Assembly: GCA_029775855.1 (NCBI GenBank)
Contig: JARVJZ010000003.1
Location: 32,001 to 96,000, forward strand
Length of the DNA stretch: 64,000 nt
Direction: 5' to 3'
Origin: Nitrososphaeria archaeon
Lineage (GTDB): Archaea > Thermoproteota > Nitrososphaeria > Nitrososphaerales > JAAOZN01
Shown here: positions 44,330-52,826 of the stretch, in pieces
Layout: each line of letters opens with the position of its first letter
Position numbering within the stretch: position 1 is the stretch's first letter
Translations under genes and position numbers: made by a program
Notes under the pieces: model-generated
The model's input: only the letters and a program-made list of their open reading frames with translations
Database searches by the model: none
What the model was told of the DNA's origin: nothing

Positions 44330-45501
44330 CCGCCAACTACGGGGACAAAGCCTCTCAGGATATATTCTTCAACGGGTAGCGCTTGTTGTATGACCCCTCT
44401 TTTATGAAGGAAATCTCGCATGTTTTCTATTGCCTTTAGATCTATTCTACCGTCTGTTGATATCTTTGTTAATTCCATAGCTCTCTTAATAGCTTCAACT
44501 GGAGCCTCTGTCTTTTTAGCTATTATTTGAGCCGATTCGTCGGGATATATCCGGATGTAGCGCCACGCTTCCATATAAGCAGCGATTAACTCTTTGATGG
44601 CCTCAGGATTCTTACTTGCGAAATCCTTTGTGGTTAATATAGGTTGATCCTGCCAGCTTCCTGGTACAATCTCATCAAATGTTAAGAGTACTTTTCCAAC
44701 ACCTAATGTCTCAGCAACGGCACCGAAGTCGCCCCACACAAAGGCCGCTATTTCGCCCCTTCTCATGGCGGCTATCTGCGCGTCAAATCCTCCTAGAGCT
44801 ACAACCTTAACATCTTTGTCTACTTGCCAGCCCATTTTCTCTGCTAAAGCATTAGCAAGATGCCAAGTGAATGCACCAATAGCTGTAACTCCTATGACCT
44901 TCCCCTGTAAGTCCTCTAGTTTATTTATATCTTTGCTTACGACGAGCGTCATATGGATGCCATCATTACAGTTACCTACTACCCTTATATCTACACCTTT
45001 ATCTTTAAGGACATAGAGGTCGGTTACGCCGGTAGCCAATAGATCTATCTCGCCTGCTGCAAGAGCTGTACCGCCTCTTGGTCCACCTGGGAATGGTATG
45101 AACTCTACGTCTAACCCGTGCTTAGCAAAGAAGTTCTTTTCCAACGCTACAGCTATGGGGCCGACCATTCCATAGTCACCAAGTACTGCAGTTCCTATTC
45201 GAAGTTTCACCATCTTCAGCGGAGCAGCCGTTACTGTTGTGGTTTGTGTAACTGTTGTTGTTATGGGCACGGTAGTTGTCTGTGTAATGGTGATAGGTGA
45301 CGTAACGGTTTGTGTTAACGTGACTGTAGCAGCAGCTACAGTAGTTGTAAGCGTTTGTGTAGTTGTAACGGTTAAAGTTGTTGTTTCGGGAGAAACTGTT
45401 GACGAACCAGCGAAATAGCCTGCTGCTACACCAATGATGAGAAGCACCACAGCCAAGCCAATAGTTATAACTGTACTAATACCAATTGAATGTTTTGACA
45501 T
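44326..45501 (-). CDS. NitT/TauT-family substrate-binding protein with membrane anchor and Thr-rich linker
   Basis: N-terminal TM helix, T/V-rich stalk, FFAKHGLDVE and LQGKVIGVT. Confidence 0.88.
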   Translation of the reverse strand: MSKHSIGISTVITIGLAVVLLIIGVAAGYFAGSSTVSPETTTLTVTTTQTLTTTVAAATVTLTQTVTSPITITQTTTVPITTTVTQTTTVTAAPLKMVKLRIGTAVLGDYGMVGPIAVALEKNFFAKHGLDVEFIPFPGGPRGGTALAAGEIDLLATGVTDLYVLKDKGVDIRVVGNCNDGIHMTLVVSKDINKLEDLQGKVIGVTAIGAFTWHLANALAEKMGWQVDKDVKVVALGGFDAQIAAMRRGEIAAFVWGDFGAVAETLGVGKVLLTFDEIVPGSWQDQPILTTKDFASKNPEAIKELIAAYMEAWRYIRIYPDESAQIIAKKTEAPVEAIKRAMELTKISTDGRIDLKAIENMRDFLHKRGVIQQALPVEEYILRGFVPVVGG

Positions 45502-45965
45502 ACCTTTCTATTTGTTTAAGCGATATTTAAACTTATCGAACTCATCCTAAAATATGTTAAATAAAATTTTTTATTTTGCAACAATTTTTGGATTTGGTAA
45601 TTTTACTTTTAGCAGTGTGATTTCCTTAGCTCTTTTCTTTGGTGGATTGGGTAAATTAGTGTAGGATGAAGACGCTCTTACTATACAAACTTGATTAGGA
45701 TTACTAACTATTCTCTCAAATAGATGTTCCAAGTAAAAAGCAATTAAGAAATAATTAAGCAAAGTGGCAAAGGATGATAAAAGCTAATCCCTTTAAGAGT
45801 TACAACTACAATCTTATAGCTTACCTATCTTATTCAATATCGCCTGCTTATGCACGTTAAGCTCATGTTCGTGAACCTTTCCTCTTTATAACACTCTCTT
45901 TTTTAAAAAGCCAATTACGTCCACATATAAAACAGTAGACTTCAAACTAACCGCCCTAATCATAG

Positions 45966-46039
45966 AGCCCCAAGCGGGATTTGTACCCGCGATCTCCTGC
46001 TTACGAGGCAGGCGCTTTGCTGGGCTAAGCTGCCGGGGC
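45966..46039 (-). tRNA. tRNA-Thr(CGU), non-canonical or degenerate
   Basis: GCCCCGG-CA-GCTT-AGCCCAGCA-AAGC-G-CCTGC-CTCGTAA-GCAGG-AGATC-GCGGG-TACAAAT-CCCGC-TTGGGGC-T cloverleaf. Confidence 0.85.
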
Positions 46040-46076
46040 TCATAAAGGGTTGATTCAGCTGATACCTAAATCTTTT

Positions 46077-46280
46077 TCACCCGGGCTCTTTGAGTGTAAG
46101 CATTATTAAGGTTCCCGCTATACAGACCAGTGCTGCTGTTATGGAAGCTGTGTGGAAGGTGTAGGCTTCTATGATCGCTCCTGAGATCGGTGGGACGAAC
46201 GCAGCCCAAGTGACGTTTGCTGCGAAGAAGATTGCATACGCTGTGCCCCTCATTCTCTCCGGCACAAGTTTGGCTAGGTA
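46077..46280 (-). pseudogene. C-terminal fragment of an MFS transporter
   Basis: YLAKLVPERMRGTAYAIFF...PPISGAII last two TMs only; 5' end truncated at the element junction. Confidence 0.65.
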
Positions 46281-46428
46281 GGTTTTCCTGCAGGTATCTG
46301 GACTAAAGCGTTATTCGATGATGAAGACGCTATCTTATACATAGTTGACCACAATAAAAGGGACTGCTGGGTGCTTGAGAAGGTTCAAAGCTTGAACCCT
46401 ATTAAACAGCTGTTAGGAGGTCGATATA

Positions 46429-46758
46429 ATGGTTAAAGATGATGAAGAAGTTGAGGTTGTTGAGACACCTGGTCTTCTTCTTCCGCATATATTATTTGAG
46501 GAGATTGAGGGGGTTCGTTTCGCTTATATGCGTAAAGACGGTTCAATGGGTGAAGACATTGAAGTGTGGTATGGTGATGTTAAATATCTACCTCTTAAAT
46601 ATGTGCCTTGGTTTCTTCCACCTAATCGAATAGAGTATAAACGCTACAAAGATCTATGGGGTGAAGTAAGACTATTTATCTACATGCATTGGGATTACCC
46701 GATTGAGGAGGCATATTCAGTTTTCACCTCGTGGATCATGGCGACTTTAGGTGCCTGA
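46429..46758 (+). pseudogene. N-terminal part of an MGE replication ATPase (frameshifted)
   Basis: GGAGGT upstream; the motif continues in another frame at about 46750. Confidence 0.55.
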
Positions 46759-47359
46759 GCTTTGGTTGGTTGCGCCAAATATTTTCTTCTTTGGTCCAGA
46801 GGATTTAGGTAAAACGCGTGGTTTAGAGATTATTCAAGCGTTGGGTTACAGAGGCTGGATAGTGCCGAGTATAACCGCTGCAACAATATTTAGATGCGAC
46901 AAAGAATTAAGACCAACATTCTGCCTAGATGAAGTTGAGTATCTCTCAACACGCGATAAGGTGGAGATAATTGGTTTACTTAACTCGCGATACCTTATGA
47001 GTAAACCTCAGCTAACAACATTATGTAAACAAATAGAGCAGCGAGGTGTGAGCAAAAGATATTCAATTCACATCTATAGCTGGAAGAAACATGGGTTCAC
47101 AAAAATAGCCGACACATTAGGAGAGCTAGCTGCACACGCCATAGCGGGGCATAAAGCCTACCTCATCACATACTATAAGAAGAGCAGAGACGATAGGGCT
47201 AAAGACTACAGGAAGGTCGCCCCGAAGCTACAGCTATTCCAAGGAGAAGACAAAGAGGCTGAGAAGCTCAAACATGAGCTCGCGGAGACCGTAGAGGGGC
47301 TACCGAAAGAGAGGCTGGCAGAGATCCTAAGGATCGCCAAACGCCAACTCAAAAGGTAG
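46751..47359 (+). pseudogene. chimeric ORF: P-loop ATPase fragment fused to an integrase C-terminus
   Basis: degenerate Walker A/B followed by H-x-x-(R) and GH..Y-like recombinase motifs. Confidence 0.55.
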
Positions 47360-47661
47360 TCTCTTCAGAGGAAGCTGAACAATTTATCAACAGCGGATGG
47401 CGTTTCATAGGCGTCTTACCGAGCGGAAAGGTAGTTTTATCATTATAACTAGGAAAAACTTGGTATAAAGACAATTATAGATAGGAAGCGTAAAGTGATA
47501 GGTTAGCAAAAAGTTTTCTCTACAAGCTCTTTCAAAGAACTTTCTGACCAAGTCTTAGCAACATTATTGAAAAAGATGTGGTCAAAGCATAATACTACTC
47601 ATTAATATTTATACGATAAGCTTAAATTAGGAAAACTTAAGCCTAACACTCAGTGAGAAGA

Positions 47662-49707
47662 ATGTCAAGCGGTGTAGAAGCCTACAAAGAATTTTTCGAG
47701 ACGAATATAATCCCCCCAAGCTGGAAGGACAGAAGCTGGAGTAAGGAAGATTTTAGGAAGTTCCATCAGAGTACAGTAGAGAGTAAGAAAGCTTTAGAAG
47801 AGTGGTGGGTTAAATGGGCAAATGAGCTCTTCTGGTTTAAAAAATGGGATAAGGTGCTAGATGACAGCAACCCACCTTTCTATAGATGGTTTGTAGGTGG
47901 CGAGATTAATTTAGCGTATTTGGATACAGATTGGCAGATTGAGAAAGGTCGAAAGAATAAAGTTGCGCTAATCTGGGAAGGTGAACCATGGGACGAAACT
48001 TTAAAGCAGCCCAAAGAAGTTAAAAAGTTCACATACTATGACTTGTATAGGGAATCAAATGTCATAAGCTATGCGTTAAAAGAGAAACTCGGCGTCAAAA
48101 AAGGGGACATCTTAACATTCTACTTACCTATGATACCTGAACTACCATTTTACATGCTTGCAGTCCAAAGACTTGGCGTAGGACACAGCATAGTCTTCAG
48201 CGGCTTCAGCGCAGAAGCCTTAGCAGCAAGAATTTTAGATAGCGGCTCAAAGATCATTGTCACTGCAGACGGCTTTTACAGAAGGGGAAAGGTTGTAAGC
48301 CTTAAACCTATAGTAGAAGAGGCTCTTAAGATCTGTGAGAAGAACGGTCTAACGATTCAGAAGGTTATAGTAGTTAAACGCGCTGGAATTGATATACCTT
48401 GGAATAGCGAAAGAGATGTATGGCATCACGAGTTAATCTCAGGAATACCCCCAACTGTTAAGGTGCCTGCTGAAAGGTGCACAGAATCAATAATCTCTCA
48501 CATTCTCTATACATCGGGAACAACTGGTACACCTAAAGCGGTTCAACGCTCAGCGGGAGGTTATGCGGTGGGCTTATATGCTACTATGAAGATGATTTTT
48601 GACGCCAAAGACGATGACATCTTTTGGTGTACAGCGGATGTCGGCTGGATAACTGGGCATTCATATGTAGTTTATGGACCGCTGCTCGTTGGCTTAACAA
48701 CGGTTATGTACGAGGGTTCGCCGGATTACCCGGAGCCAGATAGATGGTGGAGCATCATCGAAAGATATGGAGTAACTATCTTTTACACAGCCCCAACCGC
48801 CATCAGAATGTTGATGAGGTTCCCAGAAGACCTTATCAGAAGGCATGATCTTTCAACACTAAGGGTGGTGCATACCGTTGGAGAGCCCATAAATCCAGAA
48901 GCGTTCAATTGGTACTACAAGAACATCGGTAGAGAGGATGTTGTGGCTTCAAGCACTTGGTGGATGACTGAGACTGGACACATAATAACTGGGCACTTCC
49001 CCGGCTTAGGTAAGTTATTCCCACTTAAACCAGGGACTAACGGCTATGCTCTACCTGGAGTCACATTAGAAGTTGTGGATGACGATGGGAATCCGTGCCC
49101 ACCTGGAGTCAGAGGGTACTTTGTGATAACTTCACCTTGGCCTGGGATGCTTGAGACACTCTACAAGAACCCTCAGAGGTATATTGATGCCTACTGGTCT
49201 AGGTTTAAAGGTAAGATGTACTTCTATACTGGAGACTTTGCTGTTAAGGATCAAGATGGGTATGTGTGGGTGCTTGGGCGTGCTGACGATGTGTTAAAAG
49301 TTGCTGGGCATAGGATTGGAACCGCCGAGATAGAGTCTGCTCTAATTAGACATCCGGCTGTGGCCGAGTCTGCCTGCGTCGGTAAGACCGACCCAATTAA
49401 AGGGCAAGTGCCAGTAGTCTTTACTGTGCTCAAGAAGGGTTTTAAACCGAGTCCTGAAGTTGAGGCTGAAATAAGGAAGTATCTTAGGGCTACTATTGGG
49501 CCTATTGTCGCATCAGATGTGATAATAACCTTCGTCGACTCGGTGCCTAAGACAAGGAGCGGTAAGATAATGCGGAGGCTGCTAAGGGCGGTTGTTGAAG
49601 GTGCTACACTTGGAGATATCACAACCTTAGAAGACGGTGTTGCTGTAGAAGAAGCGATTAAAGCCTACGAAGCGATTAAAACAGCAATCGGTGAAAAGAA
49701 AGGTTAA
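47662..49707 (+). CDS. acs: AMP-forming acetyl-CoA synthetase
   Basis: YTSGTTGTPK, WCTADVGWITGHSY, VGEPINPEA, WWMTETG and PKTRSGKIMRR. Confidence 0.95.
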   Translation: MSSGVEAYKEFFETNIIPPSWKDRSWSKEDFRKFHQSTVESKKALEEWWVKWANELFWFKKWDKVLDDSNPPFYRWFVGGEINLAYLDTDWQIEKGRKNKVALIWEGEPWDETLKQPKEVKKFTYYDLYRESNVISYALKEKLGVKKGDILTFYLPMIPELPFYMLAVQRLGVGHSIVFSGFSAEALAARILDSGSKIIVTADGFYRRGKVVSLKPIVEEALKICEKNGLTIQKVIVVKRAGIDIPWNSERDVWHHELISGIPPTVKVPAERCTESIISHILYTSGTTGTPKAVQRSAGGYAVGLYATMKMIFDAKDDDIFWCTADVGWITGHSYVVYGPLLVGLTTVMYEGSPDYPEPDRWWSIIERYGVTIFYTAPTAIRMLMRFPEDLIRRHDLSTLRVVHTVGEPINPEAFNWYYKNIGREDVVASSTWWMTETGHIITGHFPGLGKLFPLKPGTNGYALPGVTLEVVDDDGNPCPPGVRGYFVITSPWPGMLETLYKNPQRYIDAYWSRFKGKMYFYTGDFAVKDQDGYVWVLGRADDVLKVAGHRIGTAEIESALIRHPAVAESACVGKTDPIKGQVPVVFTVLKKGFKPSPEVEAEIRKYLRATIGPIVASDVIITFVDSVPKTRSGKIMRRLLRAVVEGATLGDITTLEDGVAVEEAIKAYEAIKTAIGEKKG

Positions 49708-49795
49708 CATCGAAGCCAGATGGCGATGAGGCACAGCGCCTCGCCGCACTTTTATGCATAAGGTATTTTTAGTAGCGCTTATCATATGCTTTGTG

Positions 49796-50224
49796 ATGAA
49801 GCAGCCCAATCTTATATTTATAGGGTATGTTGAAAAAGTTGAGGGTAATGCATCCTATATTAAGGTGAGGTCTGAGTTCTGCGAGGGGTTGGATAAGCTC
49901 GATAATTTTTCGCATGTTATCATCTTAGGTTGGTTCCATCTTAAGGATACGCCGAAGGATAGACAGACCTTACGGGTTGTGCCTAAAAGGCATCCTGGTG
50001 CGCCTGAGGTTGGTGTATTTGCGTCGAGAAGCCCTAGCAGACCTAATCCTTTGGGTTTATCTGTTGTCGAGCTTATTGGTATAGAGGGTTGTACTATAGT
50101 GGTTAAGGGGTTGGATTTTGTAGAGGATACACCTATTGTAGATATTAAGCCGTATTTGCCGAGGGCTGATTGTGTAGTAGGAGCTAAGGCGCCTGAGTGG
50201 ACTTCGGTAGGTCCTCCTACTTAG
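49796..50224 (+). CDS. trmO: tRNA m6t6A37 methyltransferase (TrmO/TsaA)
   Basis: FSHVIILGWFH, GVFASRSPSRPNPLG and GLD...TPIVDIKPY. Confidence 0.92.
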   Translation: MKQPNLIFIGYVEKVEGNASYIKVRSEFCEGLDKLDNFSHVIILGWFHLKDTPKDRQTLRVVPKRHPGAPEVGVFASRSPSRPNPLGLSVVELIGIEGCTIVVKGLDFVEDTPIVDIKPYLPRADCVVGAKAPEWTSVGPPT

Positions 50225-50274
50225 GGTATAGTAAACTATATTGGCTTCCTCTAGGTTATGATGTTGGGTCTAGA

Positions 50275-51024
50275 ATGAATGAAGCGATGAAGATTATAGA
50301 GAAAGATGGTGTGAGGTTTGAGAATCCGGTTGTTGTTGAGGGGCTGCCTGACATAGGTTTGGTGGGTGCTATAGCTGCGTCGCATATCGTTGAGACACTC
50401 GGGTTATATGAGGTGGCGCATTTTGAGTCGGATCTTTTTCCGCCGATTATGGTTATGCATCGAGGCGTGTTGACAGACCCTGTTAGAATTCTTGGTAATG
50501 AGAAAATTCTGGTGGTCACTTCTGAGATAGCTATACCACCTTCAGCCATATACCCTTTAGCAAGTGTCTTAGTTGATTGGTTAAGTAGTAAAGGTGCGAA
50601 GCTCGTGTTCTCGCTCACCGGCTTCCCGGAGCAGAATAGGTTGGAGGTAGATAAACCGATGGTGTTTGGTGTGGGAAACATCAGTCAAGCAGTAGATCTG
50701 CTTAAAGAGTATAAGGTTGAGACGATGGAGGAAGGTTTCATAGCGGGCATCTACGCGCTCATAATGAAGTATTGCATGATTAAGAAGATACCGGCAATAA
50801 CGCTGATGGCGCAATCATTTCCTAACTACCCCGACCCTGGTGCGGCTGCTTCTGTTCTTCAAGTGTTAAATAAGATGATTGGGTTGAATATTTCGGTTGA
50901 CCAGCTTCTAGAGAAGGCTGATGAGATAAAGATTAAAGGGAGAGACCTAATGAAGCAGACTAGGAGCTCTATGGAGCGTATTGGAAAGGTTAGTGAACAA
51001 GAGATACCTTTGATGTATAGGTAG
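50275..51024 (+). CDS. proteasome assembly chaperone (PAC2/PbaA-like)
   Basis: EGLPDIGLVGAIA and YPDPGAAA..L. Confidence 0.88.
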   Translation: MNEAMKIIEKDGVRFENPVVVEGLPDIGLVGAIAASHIVETLGLYEVAHFESDLFPPIMVMHRGVLTDPVRILGNEKILVVTSEIAIPPSAIYPLASVLVDWLSSKGAKLVFSLTGFPEQNRLEVDKPMVFGVGNISQAVDLLKEYKVETMEEGFIAGIYALIMKYCMIKKIPAITLMAQSFPNYPDPGAAASVLQVLNKMIGLNISVDQLLEKADEIKIKGRDLMKQTRSSMERIGKVSEQEIPLMYR

Positions 51025-51035
51025 GTGGCTGACGA

Positions 51036-51452
51036 ATGTCTGACCCTAAAGATATATGGGGGAGGCTTGAGGATCTACTTAATGAGGTTGAGGGCTATTT
51101 GGTTAGATCATCTTGGAGCGCTTCAGATCGATGCCTCGAGCCTCTAGTTGAAATTGAGAACCGAGAGAACGAGATCGTAGTAACAGTAGACCTTCCTTGT
51201 GTTGAAAAGAAGGAGGATATAAGCCTCGAGGTCTCTGAAGACTTGCTTGAAATTAAGGCTATGTTGAAACAGGCTATGAGGTGGGAGAGGTGGGGGATGG
51301 TGCAGAAGAATATTGAGTTTACATCCTTTAAGAAGATAGTTTCTCTTCCTGAGAAGGTTAAACCTGAGGAAGCGACAGCTGTTTTTAAACGCGGGGTGCT
51401 GAAGATAAGATTGCCGAAGGCTTATCGAAAGTTCACTTTAAAGGTCTCTTAG
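51036..51452 (+). CDS. Hsp20/alpha-crystallin small heat-shock protein
   Basis: EPLVEI..VTVDLP and LPEKV...A.FKRGVLKIRLPK. Confidence 0.9.
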   Translation: MSDPKDIWGRLEDLLNEVEGYLVRSSWSASDRCLEPLVEIENRENEIVVTVDLPCVEKKEDISLEVSEDLLEIKAMLKQAMRWERWGMVQKNIEFTSFKKIVSLPEKVKPEEATAVFKRGVLKIRLPKAYRKFTLKVS

Positions 51453-52766
51453 ATCTGAGAACCAATACCATCTAGAAGATATCTTACCATCCCACTTCGT
51501 TTTCTCTAACCCCCATCTTGTTATCGGCTTGGTTAAATGCCTATGCGCTCTTGGGGGTGGAATATACACACCTTCTTTTAAGTTTCGAGTAGCTTCGGCG
51601 AATTCGGTAGCTTTCTTTTTTGAACCACATCTTCTACATTTGAAGTATCCTTCTCTGCCTTTTGACTTCATGCGGATTCCACAAGATCCACAGAGCGGTT
51701 TAACTGGTTGTAAGATCTTCTTTAGTTTAATGATCTTTAGGTATTCAACATTTAAGACCTTTGGGTGTTTTGCTGTGGCTCTCCGCACCCCGCCAGCTAC
51801 TTCAACAAAGTCTCCTTCAACCAGCTGCTGGAAGAGTTTTCTGAATGGTCCTGTGGGCTCGTATACAGCACATTTTATCTTTGTGGAGTTTGTGGATATG
51901 TGTATGTAGAGGTGCCCTCCTTTACCTATCACCGCTCTGCTGGCTACTACACCTTGGATATATCCTGATTCATATGCTTTGAGAGCGTTTGGATTAAGTT
52001 TGGTTTGTAGGTGTTGGGCTGTTCCTTGATTAGTTCTGAATATCATCCACCTATCTACTGGTTGTTGTGGCTTTAGTATGCTTAGAGCCTTTAGGAGTGC
52101 TTCTGTCGATTCCCCTCTTATACCAAAGTAGACCGGGTCTGGGCCGTGGGGTGTTATTAGTATTCTTCTTGTTTCTGGGTCATAGTTGTTGAAGAGTAAG
52201 CCGTTTAGATGCTTGTCTAAGTCGTATACTGATTGGGGGTCTATCAGCCTAGGTTTTCCCCAGTATTCGCGTCTTCTATATGCTAGGAGCTCATATGTGT
52301 AGTCGCCTCTACTTAGATCGTTTCCTATGGCTGCTAGTGCACCTTTTAGACCAGAGCCTCTTCCCCATAGCTTCGTGTAGGTGCAGAGTTTTTTGCATAA
52401 TGCTCGTGCTTCAGACATTTTGACTACTGTATAAAGCGCTCTTTGAGCGTAGTCTCTTAGTTGTTCTAGGTTGTGGTCGAGGATGAGGGTTGCGGCTGAG
52501 TCGAGGTGTGTAGTTAAGTTTTCCTCAACAGCTCTGCAGACAGTTTCAAACACAGCTTTTGGCTCATCTGTTTCTAAGGTGAGGGCTACTGCTGCATTAC
52601 CACGCGTCTTCCAAGGTATGTTTGGATTCAACCTTATGATCTTAGGGTAATCTTTGAAGATAGCGAGTTTGCTGATTAGAAGCTGCCTTACGGCTTCGGT
52701 AGCGGTGTAGGTTGTGCAGCCGCCCATCTTTGAGTCTGTATCATCTATGCCTATATGCACGAGCAT
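51438..52766 (-). CDS. tiaS: tRNA(Ile2) agmatinylcytidine synthase
   Basis: IGIDDTDS..GGCTT, RLNPNIPWKTRGN, PHGPDPV.FGIRG, TNQGT, Zn ribbon and RHLTKP. Confidence 0.95.
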   Translation of the reverse strand: MLVHIGIDDTDSKMGGCTTYTATEAVRQLLISKLAIFKDYPKIIRLNPNIPWKTRGNAAVALTLETDEPKAVFETVCRAVEENLTTHLDSAATLILDHNLEQLRDYAQRALYTVVKMSEARALCKKLCTYTKLWGRGSGLKGALAAIGNDLSRGDYTYELLAYRRREYWGKPRLIDPQSVYDLDKHLNGLLFNNYDPETRRILITPHGPDPVYFGIRGESTEALLKALSILKPQQPVDRWMIFRTNQGTAQHLQTKLNPNALKAYESGYIQGVVASRAVIGKGGHLYIHISTNSTKIKCAVYEPTGPFRKLFQQLVEGDFVEVAGGVRRATAKHPKVLNVEYLKIIKLKKILQPVKPLCGSCGIRMKSKGREGYFKCRRCGSKKKATEFAEATRNLKEGVYIPPPRAHRHLTKPITRWGLEKTKWDGKISSRWYWFSDLRDL

Positions 52767-52826
52767 TTCAAACCAGCATAGGTTTAGATATAAAGGGTTG
52801 CTTTTAAGGTGCCTAAAAACTTTAGT

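Larger units (their letters stand above)
46290..47448 (+). mobile_element. decayed integrative element (helicase/primase-associated ATPase and tyrosine-integrase remnants)
   Basis: frameshifted FTSWIMAT/PELW..FFGPEDLGKT..ITAATIFR..PTFCLDEVE..LLNSRY joined to IHIYSWKK..AGHKAYLITY, plus an EEAEQFINSGWRFIGVLPSGKVV tail; next to a tRNA. Confidence 0.65.

Noticed and set aside
45228-45400. GTT/GTA-rich quasi-repeat
   Set aside because: It encodes the Thr/Val-rich stalk of the binding protein; it is not a CRISPR array or DNA repeat.
45571-45762. 63-aa minus-strand ORF
   Set aside because: No motif, in AT-rich degraded sequence; the opposite strand looks like eroded membrane-protein debris.
49796-50224. 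Functional link between trmO and the nearby tRNA-Thr(CGU)
   Set aside because: They are separated by acs and element debris; the proximity may be chance.
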